Of a stretch of 64,000 nt of DNA, positions 22,955 to 36,600 are shown piece after piece; the first letter of the stretch is position 1; every line of letters starts with the position of its first letter. The position numbers and the translations under genes are program-made. Under the pieces are notes generated by a model, which saw only the letters and a program-made list of their open reading frames with translations, searched no databases and was not told where the DNA came from. Origin of the DNA: Setoptus koraiensis (Eukaryota; Animalia; Arthropoda); contig CM106586.1 in NCBI GenBank assembly GCA_048013815.1, forward strand, positions 5,580,001-5,644,000. Reading direction: 5' to 3'.

Positions 22955-23563
22955 TGAGACTGATGGTGCTTTTACTCCAACGATTCTCTAATTATGCGGT
23001 AGATATATCGGGGAGGGAGATAGACAACACGACTTTCTTTTTGGTCGCTGGACTCTTGACACGATATGTTATGCGTGCATGTACATGAATCGAAAGCTCG
23101 CGACCGTGATCATGAGTGACAGCCAAGCGAGCAGTCTAAATGGCCTGTCACACTTCATGTGGCTATGATAAATGTCCGGTCGTAACGTTGTAAACTCGCT
23201 AGCCTGTTAATAGGTTTTCTGCTTCATCATCTACTGTTTTCTCTTTGGTCTACAAAGAAAGAAACACTGCCAACTTGAACGTGCATTCCTATCTTTTATG
23301 CAAACGTCCGCAACATTGGTGCAGAGAGATTGGTCTCTGGCTGAAAAATGTCTTTGCCTCTGTCTGTGTTGGCGCATGAATAGATTCTCTATGAATAGAC
23401 TTGTGCACCTGTATGAATGCCAGTATAATACTGACGATGATCTTCCTGAATCATGCATGTTGTGTGCGTGTCAGGATGAAGTATAACGATAATCATTTGC
23501 TATCTATCATCTAGAATAATAATAATTTTGTTAAGTTGGTTTTCAAGTTTAAATTTGCGTGTC

Positions 23564-23566
<3 letters not shown>

Positions 23567-23613
<47 letters not shown>
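23567..23613. repeat. (GT)n microsatellite
   Basis: Perfect dinucleotide run. Confidence 0.95.
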
Positions 23614-23616
<3 letters not shown>

Positions 23617-26600
23617 GTGTGAGCATGTTAGCTGTTAGAAGAAGACGACGACGACGACTTTACTCAACTTGATTTGTTGTTGTTGCGCAACCTGATGATG
23701 AAATTATAGCATCATCGTTGCCGTACTATTTGATGTTGTGTGCATCCAAGAGCAGGCCAATACATCTTCAACCTTGTTGCTGCTGCTGCCGCTCTCCATG
23801 TATTATGGTTGCGTAAGGTAGCAACAGCAGTAAACAGGGATGGCGAGGGAGAGAGTTTGCCGGAGTGTCCAAGGCGCATACATAGTGTAGAGTGGTGTGG
23901 AAAAGTGTAGGCCTAGTTATATAATAATAACAACAACAAGTTGATTTGATGGTGTATAATTGCTTATGGTCTCTTATCATGGCTAATGCTGATGTAGAGC
24001 TCATGTTCCTGCTCCGCTCTTCCTGCTCCTCCTTTCTCTCCTAGTTTCCATCTCCAGTGGTCATGTGTGTGTGTGTGTGTGTGAGTGTAACGATCGACGG
24101 TGCAAAGTCAGGTAAAACATGTACGTATGTCTCTATTTAGCCCTCCTACAGCATCTTATATGGCGCTGTTGCATAATAATGTTAGCAGTGGTAATAGTGG
24201 CTTGCAAGAGGGTTGCATATTATTTTATTTTATTTTTTCCATTTCATTTTATACTCTTTGTCGGAGTTCAATGTGGCATGGTTGGTGTTGTAGCAACAAC
24301 AACCTGACCGGGCAATTCACGGCAATCGACGTTCGCAAACTGCACGGCACGGTCAGCCGGCTTGTACAACTTGAAACTATATTGCAGCGCAATGCTACAA
24401 AAATAAAGAAATTTGGGTATCGTACCTCTCGTCCGAATCGGTATCATCGTCGTCATCGTTTCGCGCAAACCTATTCTCACAAGACGAGATCGCACTTATC
24501 GGAGTTGCCGCATTAGAGCCGTATTAGCAAATTGGGAATCGCGGCAATGCGGCCAATTTCACTGTTTTATTGTTTGCGGAGGACCTGTGGATTGCGAGGG
24601 GCGGGCCGGCTTGTGGCGCGGGCCAGAGCGAAGGTCGGGTAGGAATATAATTCGGTGCATGGTGCAACCATGTTGCAACATGCCAAAGGGCAGCTCATTG
24701 CGACCGGCCACTTGTCGTGGGCTACATGCCTGGGCTCGCTCGTTGCCATGAACTATATGCAGTGTGCATACCTATGCGAGCGGCATCGGAGCAGCAGCAG
24801 CGTGCGTATGCCACAAGTCGGCACACAGTCTGCGCCGGTCCTTTGTCAAACCAGGAGCACAACAGGCGCAAAGGGAGCGCAGCCACTCGGGACTCACAGC
24901 AGAGTCCATGGCACACTATTAGTGTAATTCTGTAGAAAGAGTCGAGAGTCACTCTAGTAGACTCTATTAAGTAGAGTGGCGAGTGCAAAAGCGAGTATCA
25001 TGTCTTGCGAGAGTGACGAGCCGCGAGCTTGAGTCGCAACTTGCAGCAGCGCCGCCATAAGCAATGCGAGCAGTGTGTTGGGCCACGGCGCAAACTGCTC
25101 GGCAACTTTGTGGCGTTTGCGCCAAGTTGCCGGCACCGAGTTGCCGGCTCGCAGGCCCGGCGGCGCATCTTGTGCGGCATGCGATGGCGCTACAGTTTTG
25201 CAGCTCAGTGCAAGTGAGTGGCCAAGACGGCATAAAACGAACCAAATCGAATTGAATAGAACTGAATTGAATCGAATCGAACAAACTCGACTGAGCGACG
25301 CACCAGTTTGCAGGATGCCTGTCAGATGTCCCTAGAGCTCACAACATTCGCTCGCCGGCCGGCCGGGCCGGGCCGGCTGTCGAGCATGGGCATCGAATTT
25401 TCAACTGTTGGCCCAGTGGCGCTGGGCGCAACAAACAAACTTGTAACCATTCCAACAAGACATCGACTCAGCGCGACTTGAGTCGAGTGACAGCGTCTCT
25501 AGTCGGCGGTCGGCGGTCGGCAGTCGGCAGTCGGGCTCGCAATCCGAGACTCAACTTAGGATTCCTAAGATGGTGAAGGCGTAGCCCCTAGCAAGCTGCT
25601 AGTGGCAGTTGTGCGCTCGGGCGGGATGTGTGCGCATGAGCGCGGCTCAGCGTTGAGTGGCAGCTTGCGGCGGTTTGGTGTGCGTCATGATGCAACAGTA
25701 ATGGCAGTAGTTCGATTCGGCGGCAGCCATAGTTACATATACAAGTAATAATAAATAAAATAATAGACGCACACATAACAGGCGCGCTCGGACACACATT
25801 AAAGTTAATTCGGCATTGAGTAGCAGCAGTGGTAGTTTAAATTCGTTATCCTCGATACTTCGATTAGAATGGTCGTCGTCGTCATTATCTCTGTGAGCCA
25901 AGCAGTCTAGCAGTAAAGTAAAGTAGCCGTATACTACTAGCACCAGTGTAGCACGCCAGCGTCTGCACACACACACACACTCACACAACCATTTTAGCGC
26001 ACCACCAGCAGCAGCACCACCGCCACCAATACTACTAAACAAACAAAGCAGCCAGCGAGTCTTGCAGCGAGCAAAGTTCGATAGCCAGCCGACCATACAC
26101 TTGCGCTGTGCTCTCTCTATCTATCTCTGTCTCGTATTATTCGCTCGCTAAAAGTTCGACGCTCTTGCTTGTATTGCGGTAGCAACTGCATTCGGCGCAC
26201 CACACAGTACGCACTAAATACCAATTGATACCAGTTGATAAACATCGTCGTTAACGAGGCGTTGTTATAGTTGCCACAACCACAACACATAACGGACACA
26301 GCGGCGCCGGCGACACATTTGCATGCGATAATACGCACATTTTAATGCATAATACATTCACATTGCCAGTACATATTGTCGATCGGTAGTCTAGACGACG
26401 CAACGCGAACCACAACCACAAACTGTCGCAACACCGCAAATTGCCCCAATACACACACTCGTGACTCGCACAGGAAACGAGCCGTTTAATTGAAAGCTAA
26501 TTTCACCGAGTAGCGCCAGCGAACAAACAGAGCGGCTAGCATCAAAGTGACCTATCGCCGATTCAAAAATATATTTATATCAAACAACAAATATCTGCCG

Positions 26601-27866
26601 AGACGACAACGCTTACGCTCAACAGTTACCAACCGCATGCAACGCACCTCTCAAGATATCAACGGCGGCAATTATTAAATTGTCGCGCAACACAACCAAA
26701 CAAAGATAATTCTGTTCTATTGACAGTCACTAATGATCTTTTATCGAAACTTTTTCTTTGAATATCACATCACGCTTTAATATTTACATTCATTCTGCTG
26801 CTAATCTACCATCTACACGACACACACACACACAAAATCATCGAGCACAGTCAAACGTAAAAGTATTTCCCATCTCGTCACGTTTGCAAATTGACAGAAG
26901 TTGTGACCAGTCATAGTCAATGTAGTCAGTGTGCACTGTCAGTCTGCTCATTATTATGTTCCGTCATTGTTAGATTTAAATGATAACCACAATATCAAAC
27001 AACTAATACCAATCGACGTCTAGAAATCGACTGCGTCTAGATTTTATCGTCTTCAAACGCACCAAAACATCATTATCATTAGTTAGCACAAATAGAAATA
27101 AATTTATGCAACACATACACGCACCCAAACACAAATAAACTAGTCCGCGGAAATAATAGTCAATGAGATATCACATCAAGATTACATATTATATTAGTTC
27201 AGCTTGTCAATCGAGTGCTGCTGATGTTGCCATACTCGCCGCACACTCACATTTAACATCCAACATCGACGACGCCTATATATTATGACAATTAACTTTT
27301 GTTCACCACCACCATCACCAACAGAAGCAGCGTGAAGCAGAGTCAACGCCAATTGTAAATCGTCAACACCAACTCTCATTTCACCATACTTGTAGTGTTT
27401 ACTGTTGTCAGACAAGTTGTCAAATTCTTTGAATCATTGGAGTTTTTTGGACAACGTTGCCAATTTCACTAACATCAACATATGTGTAGTGTTAGAATAA
27501 GAAGAAAAATCACCTAATCAAGTGATAATAATAATTATGTGTTGAACAAAATATTTTACGTCAAACACCACGTTAATCGTCTTCTGTACACTTACATTAA
27601 GATAACAACATCATCTACGACAACAACCAGCAGCCACAAACACACTCTGAGATTGACCATATTCTTATTCGATAATACATACCAATTCGTGTCGCCGCCA
27701 AAATCGAGAATTCAACTGTCTATCAAACTTATACGCACACCTAAAAATCATTCAGTATTATTTGCGACTACATATCCAGCGGACTACAGCTCAAAAGAAA
27801 AACTAAACACAACAAAGTCCTTTGTATAGAAAGCCTGACCTCAGATTTTCAATACTTAAGCACACA

Positions 27867-29257
27867 ATGGCAGATACAAATAATCCAGAACGTAAGTAAA
27901 ACAACGCGCCCACCACTTTTGTTTGCCAACAATCCATAATAATGGGACGATCGGCCCACACCAATCAGAATGACACCATAGAATTATGAGCAAATGCTTA
28001 CTAATCACTATAATTCTCGTTCAACAACATGCACAATATCCACTCTGAACCATCCATGTAACCAACACATTTCCAACAGTTGTCTTGGTAACCGGTCTAA
28101 CAGGTTACGTGGGCTCACATGTGGCGAGACAATTGTTGGCACACGGTTACAAAGTTAGAGGAACAGTGCGAAATATTTCAGACGAGGCCAAGAATGAAAA
28201 ACTCAAAACACAGATTACAGAAGGACAAACAAACAAGCAATTAGAGATTGTTGAGGCCGATCTTCTGAAAGAAGACAGTTGGCCATCGGTAGTGGCGGGA
28301 TGTCAATACATATGCCATGTTGCATCGCCATTTCCGTTGAATATTCCGAGTAATGAAGATGAAATAATAAAACCCGCTGTTGAGGGCACTTTAGCCGTAT
28401 TGAAAGCCGCATCGAACGATGGAAATGTTAAGAGGGTTGTTTTAACTAGCTCTCTTGCAGCACTTCACGATGTAAAAATATTCAATGGTAAAACTGGTGA
28501 GGAACAGCTCAATAAATTGTACAATGAGGAGGACTGGGTTGATCCAGACAAAGTTGAGCCATACAGTAAGAGCAAAATACTAGCTGAGAAGGCTGCTTGG
28601 AAATTCATCGAAGAACTACCTCAAGGCGATAAACCTAAACTCGAACTGGCCGTCATAAATCCATCCTATGTTTTAGGACCCATAATCACGGATACACTCT
28701 CTACATCTGTATTGGCTATCAAGCGTCTCCTAGATAAATCTGTTCCTGGGGTGCCAAAATTTAACATGGCTATATGTGATGTTCGCGATGTCGCTTTAGC
28801 ACATGTTAAAGCATTGAAACTAGCAGAAGCCAAAGGTAGACGCTATCTTATAGTTAGTGGTTGTAAATGGATGAAGGACGTAGCTAAAGTTATTCAGAAA
28901 GAGTTCAAGCAGTTTGGTTATTTTGTTCCCACCATTCCAGTGCCTAGCACTTTAGTATGGTTGGGAAGCTTTATCGATAGATCTACAGCAATGGTCGTTC
29001 CTCGATTGGACAAGGAATTCAAACTAGACAATAAGCGTATGGTTGAAGAACTCAAAATCGAACCCACAGATATCGACAAAACTGTTATAGAGACATGTCA
29101 TAGTTTGATCGAGAAGGGTGTTATCAAGCCAACGAAAAGATATAAGAAATCGAAAGAGCAACCGGCCACAACGAATGGTGAGGCTGCAGAGGCGACAACA
29201 GTGGATACAAACAGTACACCTGTTGAGCAACCACCAGAGACTAAAGAGGAGAGTTGA
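27867..29257 (+). CDS. Extended SDR NAD(P)-dependent reductase (dihydroflavonol/cinnamoyl-CoA reductase/Gre2-like); exons 27867-27891 and 28080-29257
   Basis: Exon 1 MADTNNPE plus a phase-1 gtaagt...ccaacag intron gives VLVTGLTGYVGSHV (Rossmann motif); also HVASP, VVLTSS, catalytic YSKSK, INPSYVLGP, DVRDVALAH. Confidence 0.9.
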
Positions 29258-30124
29258 TATAACTATAGTGACAACGTTCAATAGGTGCGTATATTCTGTT
29301 TAAATATGACGAGTCTATCTTAACAATCGACTATTCTAGGATCTCTGGATGATATATTAGAAAAAAAGATATGGGAGTTCTAGTGTGAAGAGAAAAGTTA
29401 ACATGCCCAAACGACACATACAAAACAAACACACAATCACACAGACACACTGCTATTTGCAACTATCGGAAACAAAATTTCTCCACATGTACAATTAATA
29501 TATTTTGCACGTTCACATCGTATATTATAGCCTGAACTGGAGCCAATCATAAGGGCTTACATTTGAGACATTGAGTTGACAGAACAAACAAGTTTTTATT
29601 CTCTTCATTTATCAATATTTGTAAACCTGCTAAAATCTATGCTTGTCATCTTGGCAAACTTAGCTGACTCAATAGTAGTTATTTTCAATACAAACGTACG
29701 TGTGATTGTAAAACTTGAGAAATTTTGGTACTATTAAGTTTATATGAAAGTTGTAAGACAATAATATATATTAGCAGCGAATAAAAGAATTTACTAAATC
29801 ATTTGTCTACTTGCACTACGTATTTCGGTATTCATACTACGGAGAAAGAAAGAAAGAGTAAAAGTTGTTATTTGTGTTGGTTTAAAAATTAGCTAATAGA
29901 TCTCTATGCAAGAAACAGCTAAATATTATGTAATGGATGTATTTTGCATTATTTCTTTTGACAACAATAAACTAGGAAGTAACGTATGTGCAATCAGAGG
30001 CTTATATTGAAAAAATCCAATAATCGGTTGGTAATAGTTAATTTATTTATTTGTTAGATTCCATTGCTGCATTGCTCAAAACACCTGCACTTTTGTGTCT
30101 TTGTTTGTGTATTTTGAGTTGAGT

Positions 30125-33100
30125 TTAGTTAAATTTAAAAATCCTCAACTCTGTTAGCCATTCAAATAATATAAGCATGACATAAAGTGCAATTAGATAG
30201 TAACCAACACCTTTGTGTATTCTAAACTTGAGCATTACTATTAGTAATAAAGTTGTTACAAGACCAATCAATAAAAATGAATATATAATATACAGTAGTG
30301 GCGATTGGCCAAGTGTTGTATTGTGATTCGGATCTATCACGAGAGTAATGAAAGCTGGCAATCCAATACCCATTAATGTGCTCATCAATGGTCCACCATA
30401 ACAAGCTGCTATAGCCATTCTGGGGAACCCTTTCTTTGCTATCGATACGTTAGTTATAAAGTCTAGCATGCAATTACCCCAGGCTAAAACTGTTAGGCCC
30501 ATAATCTCGTTTGATAGATTGAAGGCAATACCTGAGGCGCGCAACAGGTTGATAACTTCATTTGATATGGTATAGATCCATGTTATGGCAACTATGAAGC
30601 CCAAATACGAGGAATAAGCGTTGTAATAGAATGGCGGCGTCTCTGACGAAGATGTAAATATAATTATTAGCGCTATTGGCGCTGTTACAAGAAATACCAC
30701 AACAGCCGTAGGTAACGGTCCTATCCAGCTTAATCCATAGCCAAAGGCAAACACAACAAATATAGGACCCGTAATGCAGTGTAGCGTGCTTAATGGCTTA
30801 TTCCATTCTTGTTTGCCCTCAACATCGGCCATTGGTGTTGTTATCAGCAAAAACAATCTTATTGGCGCCTTGATCAGCTCCATAGAGCGGCCGCCCCAAT
30901 TTTGTTGCTTCCATAAATCCAGATCTATTGGCGATACAGCGGACAAGAATTCCATTGATTGTCTGCGAATATCTCGCGAAGCTCGCCTAAGATACACCAG
31001 TTGTTGTTTGCTTATGGACAATATTGATGGCGATCTAGCATTGCGCTGCTGGCGATCGTCTTGGGTCTCAGGGTAGAGGTTGTTGCCCGATGAGAACATA
31101 TTGTCTATTTATGGGCATCAATATTATAGCCAATGTGAACAGTAGTAGCAAAAAGGGAAAATGATATCAGAAATAATATGATACAAATAAGATGATGTAT
31201 ATGATCTACATAACACGTCATCACCAATAACACTAATCTAATTAGTAGTTATCGGTGATTGATGAGTGTTAACTTCATTTTATCATCTTTTCTCTCGTTA
31301 TTCAGCTCAACTGATGTGTATGTTTACCTTCGAATAAGGTGACGCGCCTCGACGACTTGTTCATCGGTTGTACGGTGAGTGACATGTCGTTGTTTGTATC
31401 GCCGTCATTGATGATAGATGAGTTATTATCGCTGATACCCGTTGTGTCAATCTTGAAAACCGGACGAATTTGTGGCACATCCTCAGGCAGGAACAAGAAA
31501 CCTCTCATTACGACCATTCCCGCTGAGGGGTCGTCGTCTATGTGGACTCCTTCAAATTCGATGCCACCGTCGTCTTCGTCTTTCTTGGGACCATCTATCA
31601 TGATGTGAAGAAATTATTATTGATATTATCAACCAGATCATATTTTCTCATTCATTTGATCAAGTTAACGATGATAGAGTGGTATTTAAGCAGTTGAGTA
31701 GTTTAACAGTTTTATTGCACAACTTACGCAAATTTTTGAGCGGTCTGTCTTTTGTGAAGTACTTGGAGCCAAGTACTACACAGACATACAATACATACAA
31801 ACCAATCAGACAGACAGAATCTTTTAACCGGATTCTTCCTGGCACAACAAATATGTAAAACAAGAGACTAACTGCACAAATATAGAATAGAATGTCTCTG
31901 ACAAATGTCACTTTGTCTAAACGAAATCCTTTGATTGCAAACACCGATCCAACAATGGCAGTTGTTATTAGAGTGCCGCTACCTGTTGTTTGTATTAATA
32001 CAAATGATTAATCCTCTGATGCTGATGCGCTTGAGATGGAAGCAGGAATTGCAGTAGTGGCTCAGGGGTTGGGGTTGGTGAGGGGATTTAGAAGCGCCGC
32101 TATTAGTGCTGGTACTACTGGATAATACTTGCCATAGATTACACTTATCACTAGATCAGGCTTGCCTAATCTGATTCCATTGATAGCAGCAAATATATCC
32201 GCCGATGTGTTGCCGAAGGCCAGGAATGTAACGCCGGCTATGTTCTGTGACAGACCTAAAGTCTTTGATATCATAAATAATGACGGGCATAGACTAGGGA
32301 ATAAAAGATATTTTTTGTTTTGTTTGGGGCAGTAAGTCGCTTGTTGGCCCTGAACTAAAATAAATCACTTTGTTGTCAACCGCTATTTACACACTAACTA
32401 ACTTACAAATCGGTGGCTGTCACTCCGGTGGCCACAAACAATATCAATAACCAGATGATCTAGTGGTGACAGATAATAGTTTTAAACAATGGCGAACAAT
32501 ACAACAATAAAACGTTAAATATCGTTGTACGCAAGTGTACGACTCATTGGTAAATTGGTCAAGATAATCAAACCTACCGATATAAATAAGGCCACTGGCA
32601 TTTTATCTGGATTAAGGGCGCAAAAGAAGAAGCCCACATAGTCAATGAGGCCATCGTCGCTAGCACAATCCTCTATGTAGTCAGTCAGGGTACATCTGTC
32701 GATAGGATGCACCTTCAGGACGTCCCTACATGTCTGTAAAGTTATTATTAGATTGAAACAATTTTTGGTTCGTTTTGTCTGGTCACTATCGACTGTTTCA
32801 CTTTTTGTCTAGCTCAATTGTCTCTTGTGGATACATTTCCTGAATATATAGAGGGATGTGTGTTCTTACCTCAAATGTTATATTGGCATAGTTGGTGAAA
32901 GCCTCTGATAAAGTTTTGTGATTGTGGCCAGTGTGCGTGTGCAATTTTTCTAAATCTTGCAAAATGATTGTTATACTATCAGAGAACTTTGTTGCATCAG
33001 CAACAATGCTATTACTTTTATCGAATATTGAACTTTCATTGATAGCATCGGCCACTACTAATGGGTTTGCTGACGTTGAATAGTGATTGTTTATAACTGA

Positions 33101-33196
33101 CCAATTAGTTGGTTGATGAAATAAACTATTACTACTACCACTGTATTGTTCGCCAGTAGTATTAACAATACCATTTAACGAACTAGAGTAGCTCAT
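30125..33196 (-). CDS. SLC8B1: Cation/Ca2+ exchanger, NCLX/SLC8B1-like; 7 exons (33196-32870, 32733-32578, 32459-32407, about 32293-32133, 31982-31728, 31594-31328, 31104-30125)
   Basis: Alpha-1 repeat NIAGVTFLAFGN..D, alpha-2 repeat MGLTVLAWGN..D and GFPRMAIAACYGGP. Exons were joined by hand in consistent phase, including one GC-AG intron. Confidence 0.85.
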
Positions 33197-34559
33197 TGTT
33201 CTGATATCTGGATTGCTTACTATTGGGTTACAACGTTCTTGTTGTTACATGTATTGTTTGTACGATTGCTCCAATTGAAGGCAAGTTTCGAGTTGTCTAG
33301 AACTGGGATGATTAAGGAAGGAATTGTTTGATTGTTTGTGGTCTGAGTATTAAATTGATGCTATCAATAATTATTCAATTTTGTGTATGTGTGTGAAAAC
33401 AAGTAGTTACTTTAAGCTGCCAAAGTTTTGCCTTAGTCTGACAAATAGGAAAGTAGCTTTCAGAAGAACCCTTTTCAATGAGACAAGTGTCTAAACTGTC
33501 TCTCAACTTCATACAACTGAATTTAAAATAGGAACATCCTCTCTTTTTTCTGTGTCTCTCTGGTGATATAAATATAATGTAATATTTAGTTAAGTGAATG
33601 TGCCTCTCTTAGTGGTTTTATTCGATAATAATCCCAATAAACAATGATATATATCAGACTAAACAAAACAACGAACAGATCGGAAAAAAAGATCATAGAG
33701 TCTAATTGGATTGTTTGATGTCAGATTTTCGATCTTTCAAAGTTCTAGTCTATGAAGCGACACCATTCTAATTATTCGCAGTTGAGGTGAGCTAAATCTG
33801 TTAATCCATCTGTTTATTACTCTAGCTTTCTATACCTCTCTTTCTTTTTGTCTCGCTACCTCCCAATTCAATCATATTTATGCTAATGGCTATCATTCAC
33901 CCTTTCTTTCTGGCCAATGACAATCAGCGAATGATCTTATCGTAACCTTGTCCGACATTTTGCTACAAACAAATCCATAGTAGAAATACGACAATGTAAG
34001 TGTCATAAACTGTACTTACAGCCACACTCACACATATATTTACACAAAATGAATTGAATTTGTTGACAAGCAATAAAAATCCAAAAATAATTATTTCATG
34101 TTAGCTTTGCAAACATTCTCAATCATGCATCATTTAATATTAGTTAGCTCACAATGTAAACCACTAACCGAAATTTCCTTGTACTTTCACTTATGTTCAC
34201 TGGCTCTCTCTTTTTTTTCTCTCTCTCCCCCCTCCTATTTGATTATATCGATTCCTGTTTTTTTGAAACCACTAATAATAATAACTTATATATAGATGAT
34301 TAAAGTTAGCGCTTACGTAATGCAGGTGTGAGTGTTATTTAGCGCAAAGCCAGTGAGCTTGTGCGTATGTTTATGATTGTATGTGTGTTTGTGATGTCTT
34401 AATATTTATCTAAATCAGACGATTCATTGAGTCTATATACATATTACTATTTCTAAACCAGGATCACGACATCCTAAATTCATTCATGTGTGAGCGGACC
34501 CAAAAATAGAAACGTCAGTAGAATCGGAGAGATCGTACTAGAATGATCAATTGATTTTG

Positions 34560-35476
34560 TTAGACCATCCTTAGGTTAAGTCCTGCAACTTGGAAAGCTA
34601 GAAGTCCACATCCTATTGTGATTGAATACACCACAATTAAGGATACAATCTGCCAGCCTATTTTGTTGAGAAAAGTCTACAAAGTTGAGAAAGATGAAAC
34701 ACAGTTAGAGTGTATTTGTAATAAAGAGAACTGATGAATGATGTAACTAGACTATCATCCCGGCAGAGGGATCTGAGTCATCATGGAGTAGTGGAATAGT
34801 CATCGATACTTACTGAGAGTGATGCGATCAAATGGGCCATAAACACTATTTTAAGTAACTTTTTATCGGATTTCTCTATGCCACCTGCCATCATTACAGA
34901 CCAACAAACGTTCAATAGTATGAAAGCGAGGGTTGTCATGGCGGATATTATAAAAAAGTAAGGAGAATCTCCTTTGAGTCCAATGGTACCTGGCCCGATT
35001 GAATCAGAGAGAACATTGATTATGGCAAAAGCACCGCTCATAACACCATAACCTAAACCAGAAACGTAGCTTAGTGAAAGCCTGTAATTGATTTCTTTTG
35101 AATTCTTATCAGTTGTTGTCACCTCTTGTTGTTGACCTGCAGGTTGAATATTTTCGTGTTGTTCGTTTGATGACGTTCCCTCACCACTGATCATCCTTCC
35201 AAGTGCATTTTGTGCCTTCTTTACAAGTCTATGGAATAAATATCTGAATGATTCTTGAGATATCACAGATAATATTGCACTGATGATGAGATACTGACCA
35301 AATGGTTTTATAATTGCCCAACATATGGCCACTACGAGAAACGACACTAGCCAACAGAATGCCGCTGTAACGAATACTATCACTTTAATTGGATCTTGGG
35401 CCACTGTCAGACAGAACATGGATAAGGCCGGTCCAAATGCCAGCATGGCACAACCATAAAACTCAAGAAGGGTCAT
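34560..35476 (-). CDS. APH1: Gamma-secretase subunit APH-1; exons 35476-34814 and 34676-34560
   Basis: MTLLEFYGCAMLAFGPA, QESFRY, GLGYGVMSG (GxxxG), GPGTIGLKGDS. The phase-0 intron restores the last TM helix (TFLN...). Confidence 0.92.
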
Positions 35477-35877
35477 TTTATAATAATATCAGTTGATTGT
35501 TTTGATCTTAAAAATCCTTCGTGCTTCAAATCCAAATAAGTTAATTGAATTGATTTTGCTTTGTTATCATATCCTTAGTATGTTAAAACTGATTGATTGT
35601 TGTTACGATAATGAAGTAAAATTGATAGAAAAATTCATTTAAATAATTGATGTTGTCAATGCAACACTTATGCATAACAATGAAGAGAGAATCATTTATT
35701 TCGAAAATGTTGATCAGTTGATTTTTCCATTTTACGAATTTCGCGCGAATCAATTTTCTTTCAATGTTTGGCCTTGCAATTGAACAGACGTCTAGAATCA
35801 GTACAAGTGAAACTCTGAACTCGTATCGACTTTTAATTTTTTATTTTAGACATCATTAATTGTATAGACCTCAAAAC

Positions 35878-36561
35878 ATGAATAGATTATTCGGAAAACA
35901 GAAACCCAGCGTAGCGGGACCCTCTATATCCGATGTTGTTCAAAATGTCGATCACAGAGCGGAGCAATTCGAGAAGAAAATCCAAATGCTTGATGCAGAA
36001 CTATTCAAATACCGAGAACAGATGAAAAAGATGCGGGATGGGCCAGCAAAACAGTCAGTCACACAAAAAGCCCTGAGAGTATTAAAACAGAAAAAAATGT
36101 ATGAAAGCCAACGAGAAAATCTACTGCAGCAATCATTCAACCTGGATCAGACCAACTTTGCCACACAAATGTTAAAGGAGACTAAGTCAACTATCGACGC
36201 TATGAAGGCTGGAGTGAAACAAATGAAGCAAGAATATAAAAACGTCAATATCGACGAGATAGAAACAGTTCAAGATGATCTAGAAGATATGTTGGCCGAC
36301 GCAAACGAAATACAGAGCGTTATGGGTCGAAGCTACGGCGTTCCTGAAGTTGATGAGTCAGAATTGGAGGCGGAGCTAGAAGCTCTCGGTGAGGAATTAC
36401 AAAAAGAGTCTGATTCGAGTTTTTTAGATGAGTTGGTCGATCCCGCTGGTACATTGCCTGCCGCAAAAGAACCAGCGGTACCTCTCTCTAAGCCAGTACA
36501 TGATGTCCTGCAGGAGCCCTCATCGACAGAAACCAAAGATCCCATCAAAGAACCTTGGTGA
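35878..36561 (+). CDS. CHMP5: ESCRT-III CHMP5/Vps60, single exon
   Basis: MNRLFGK start, [32 protein letters not shown]-like [15 protein letters not shown]. Confidence 0.95.
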   Translation: MNRLFGKQKPSVAGPSISDVVQNVDHRAEQFEKKIQMLDAELFKYREQMKKMRDGPAKQSVTQKALRVLKQKKMYESQRENLLQQSFNLDQTNFATQMLKETKSTIDAMKAGVKQMKQEYKNVNIDEIETVQDDLEDMLADANEIQSVMGRSYGVPEVDESELEAELEALGEELQKESDSSFLDELVDPAGTLPAAKEPAVPLSKPVHDVLQEPSSTETKDPIKEPW

Positions 36562-36600
36562 ATACAAAAACCGATCTATTGTGATAGAGGTTCTAGTTTA

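Noticed and set aside
24100-25335. Many overlapping 60-140 aa ORFs on both strands
   Set aside because: An expected by-product of locally high GC; no motifs and no consistent coding strand.
8181-36561. TSG101 and CHMP5 as an ESCRT gene cluster
   Set aside because: They are 26 kb apart with many unrelated genes between; consistent with chance in a gene-dense genome.
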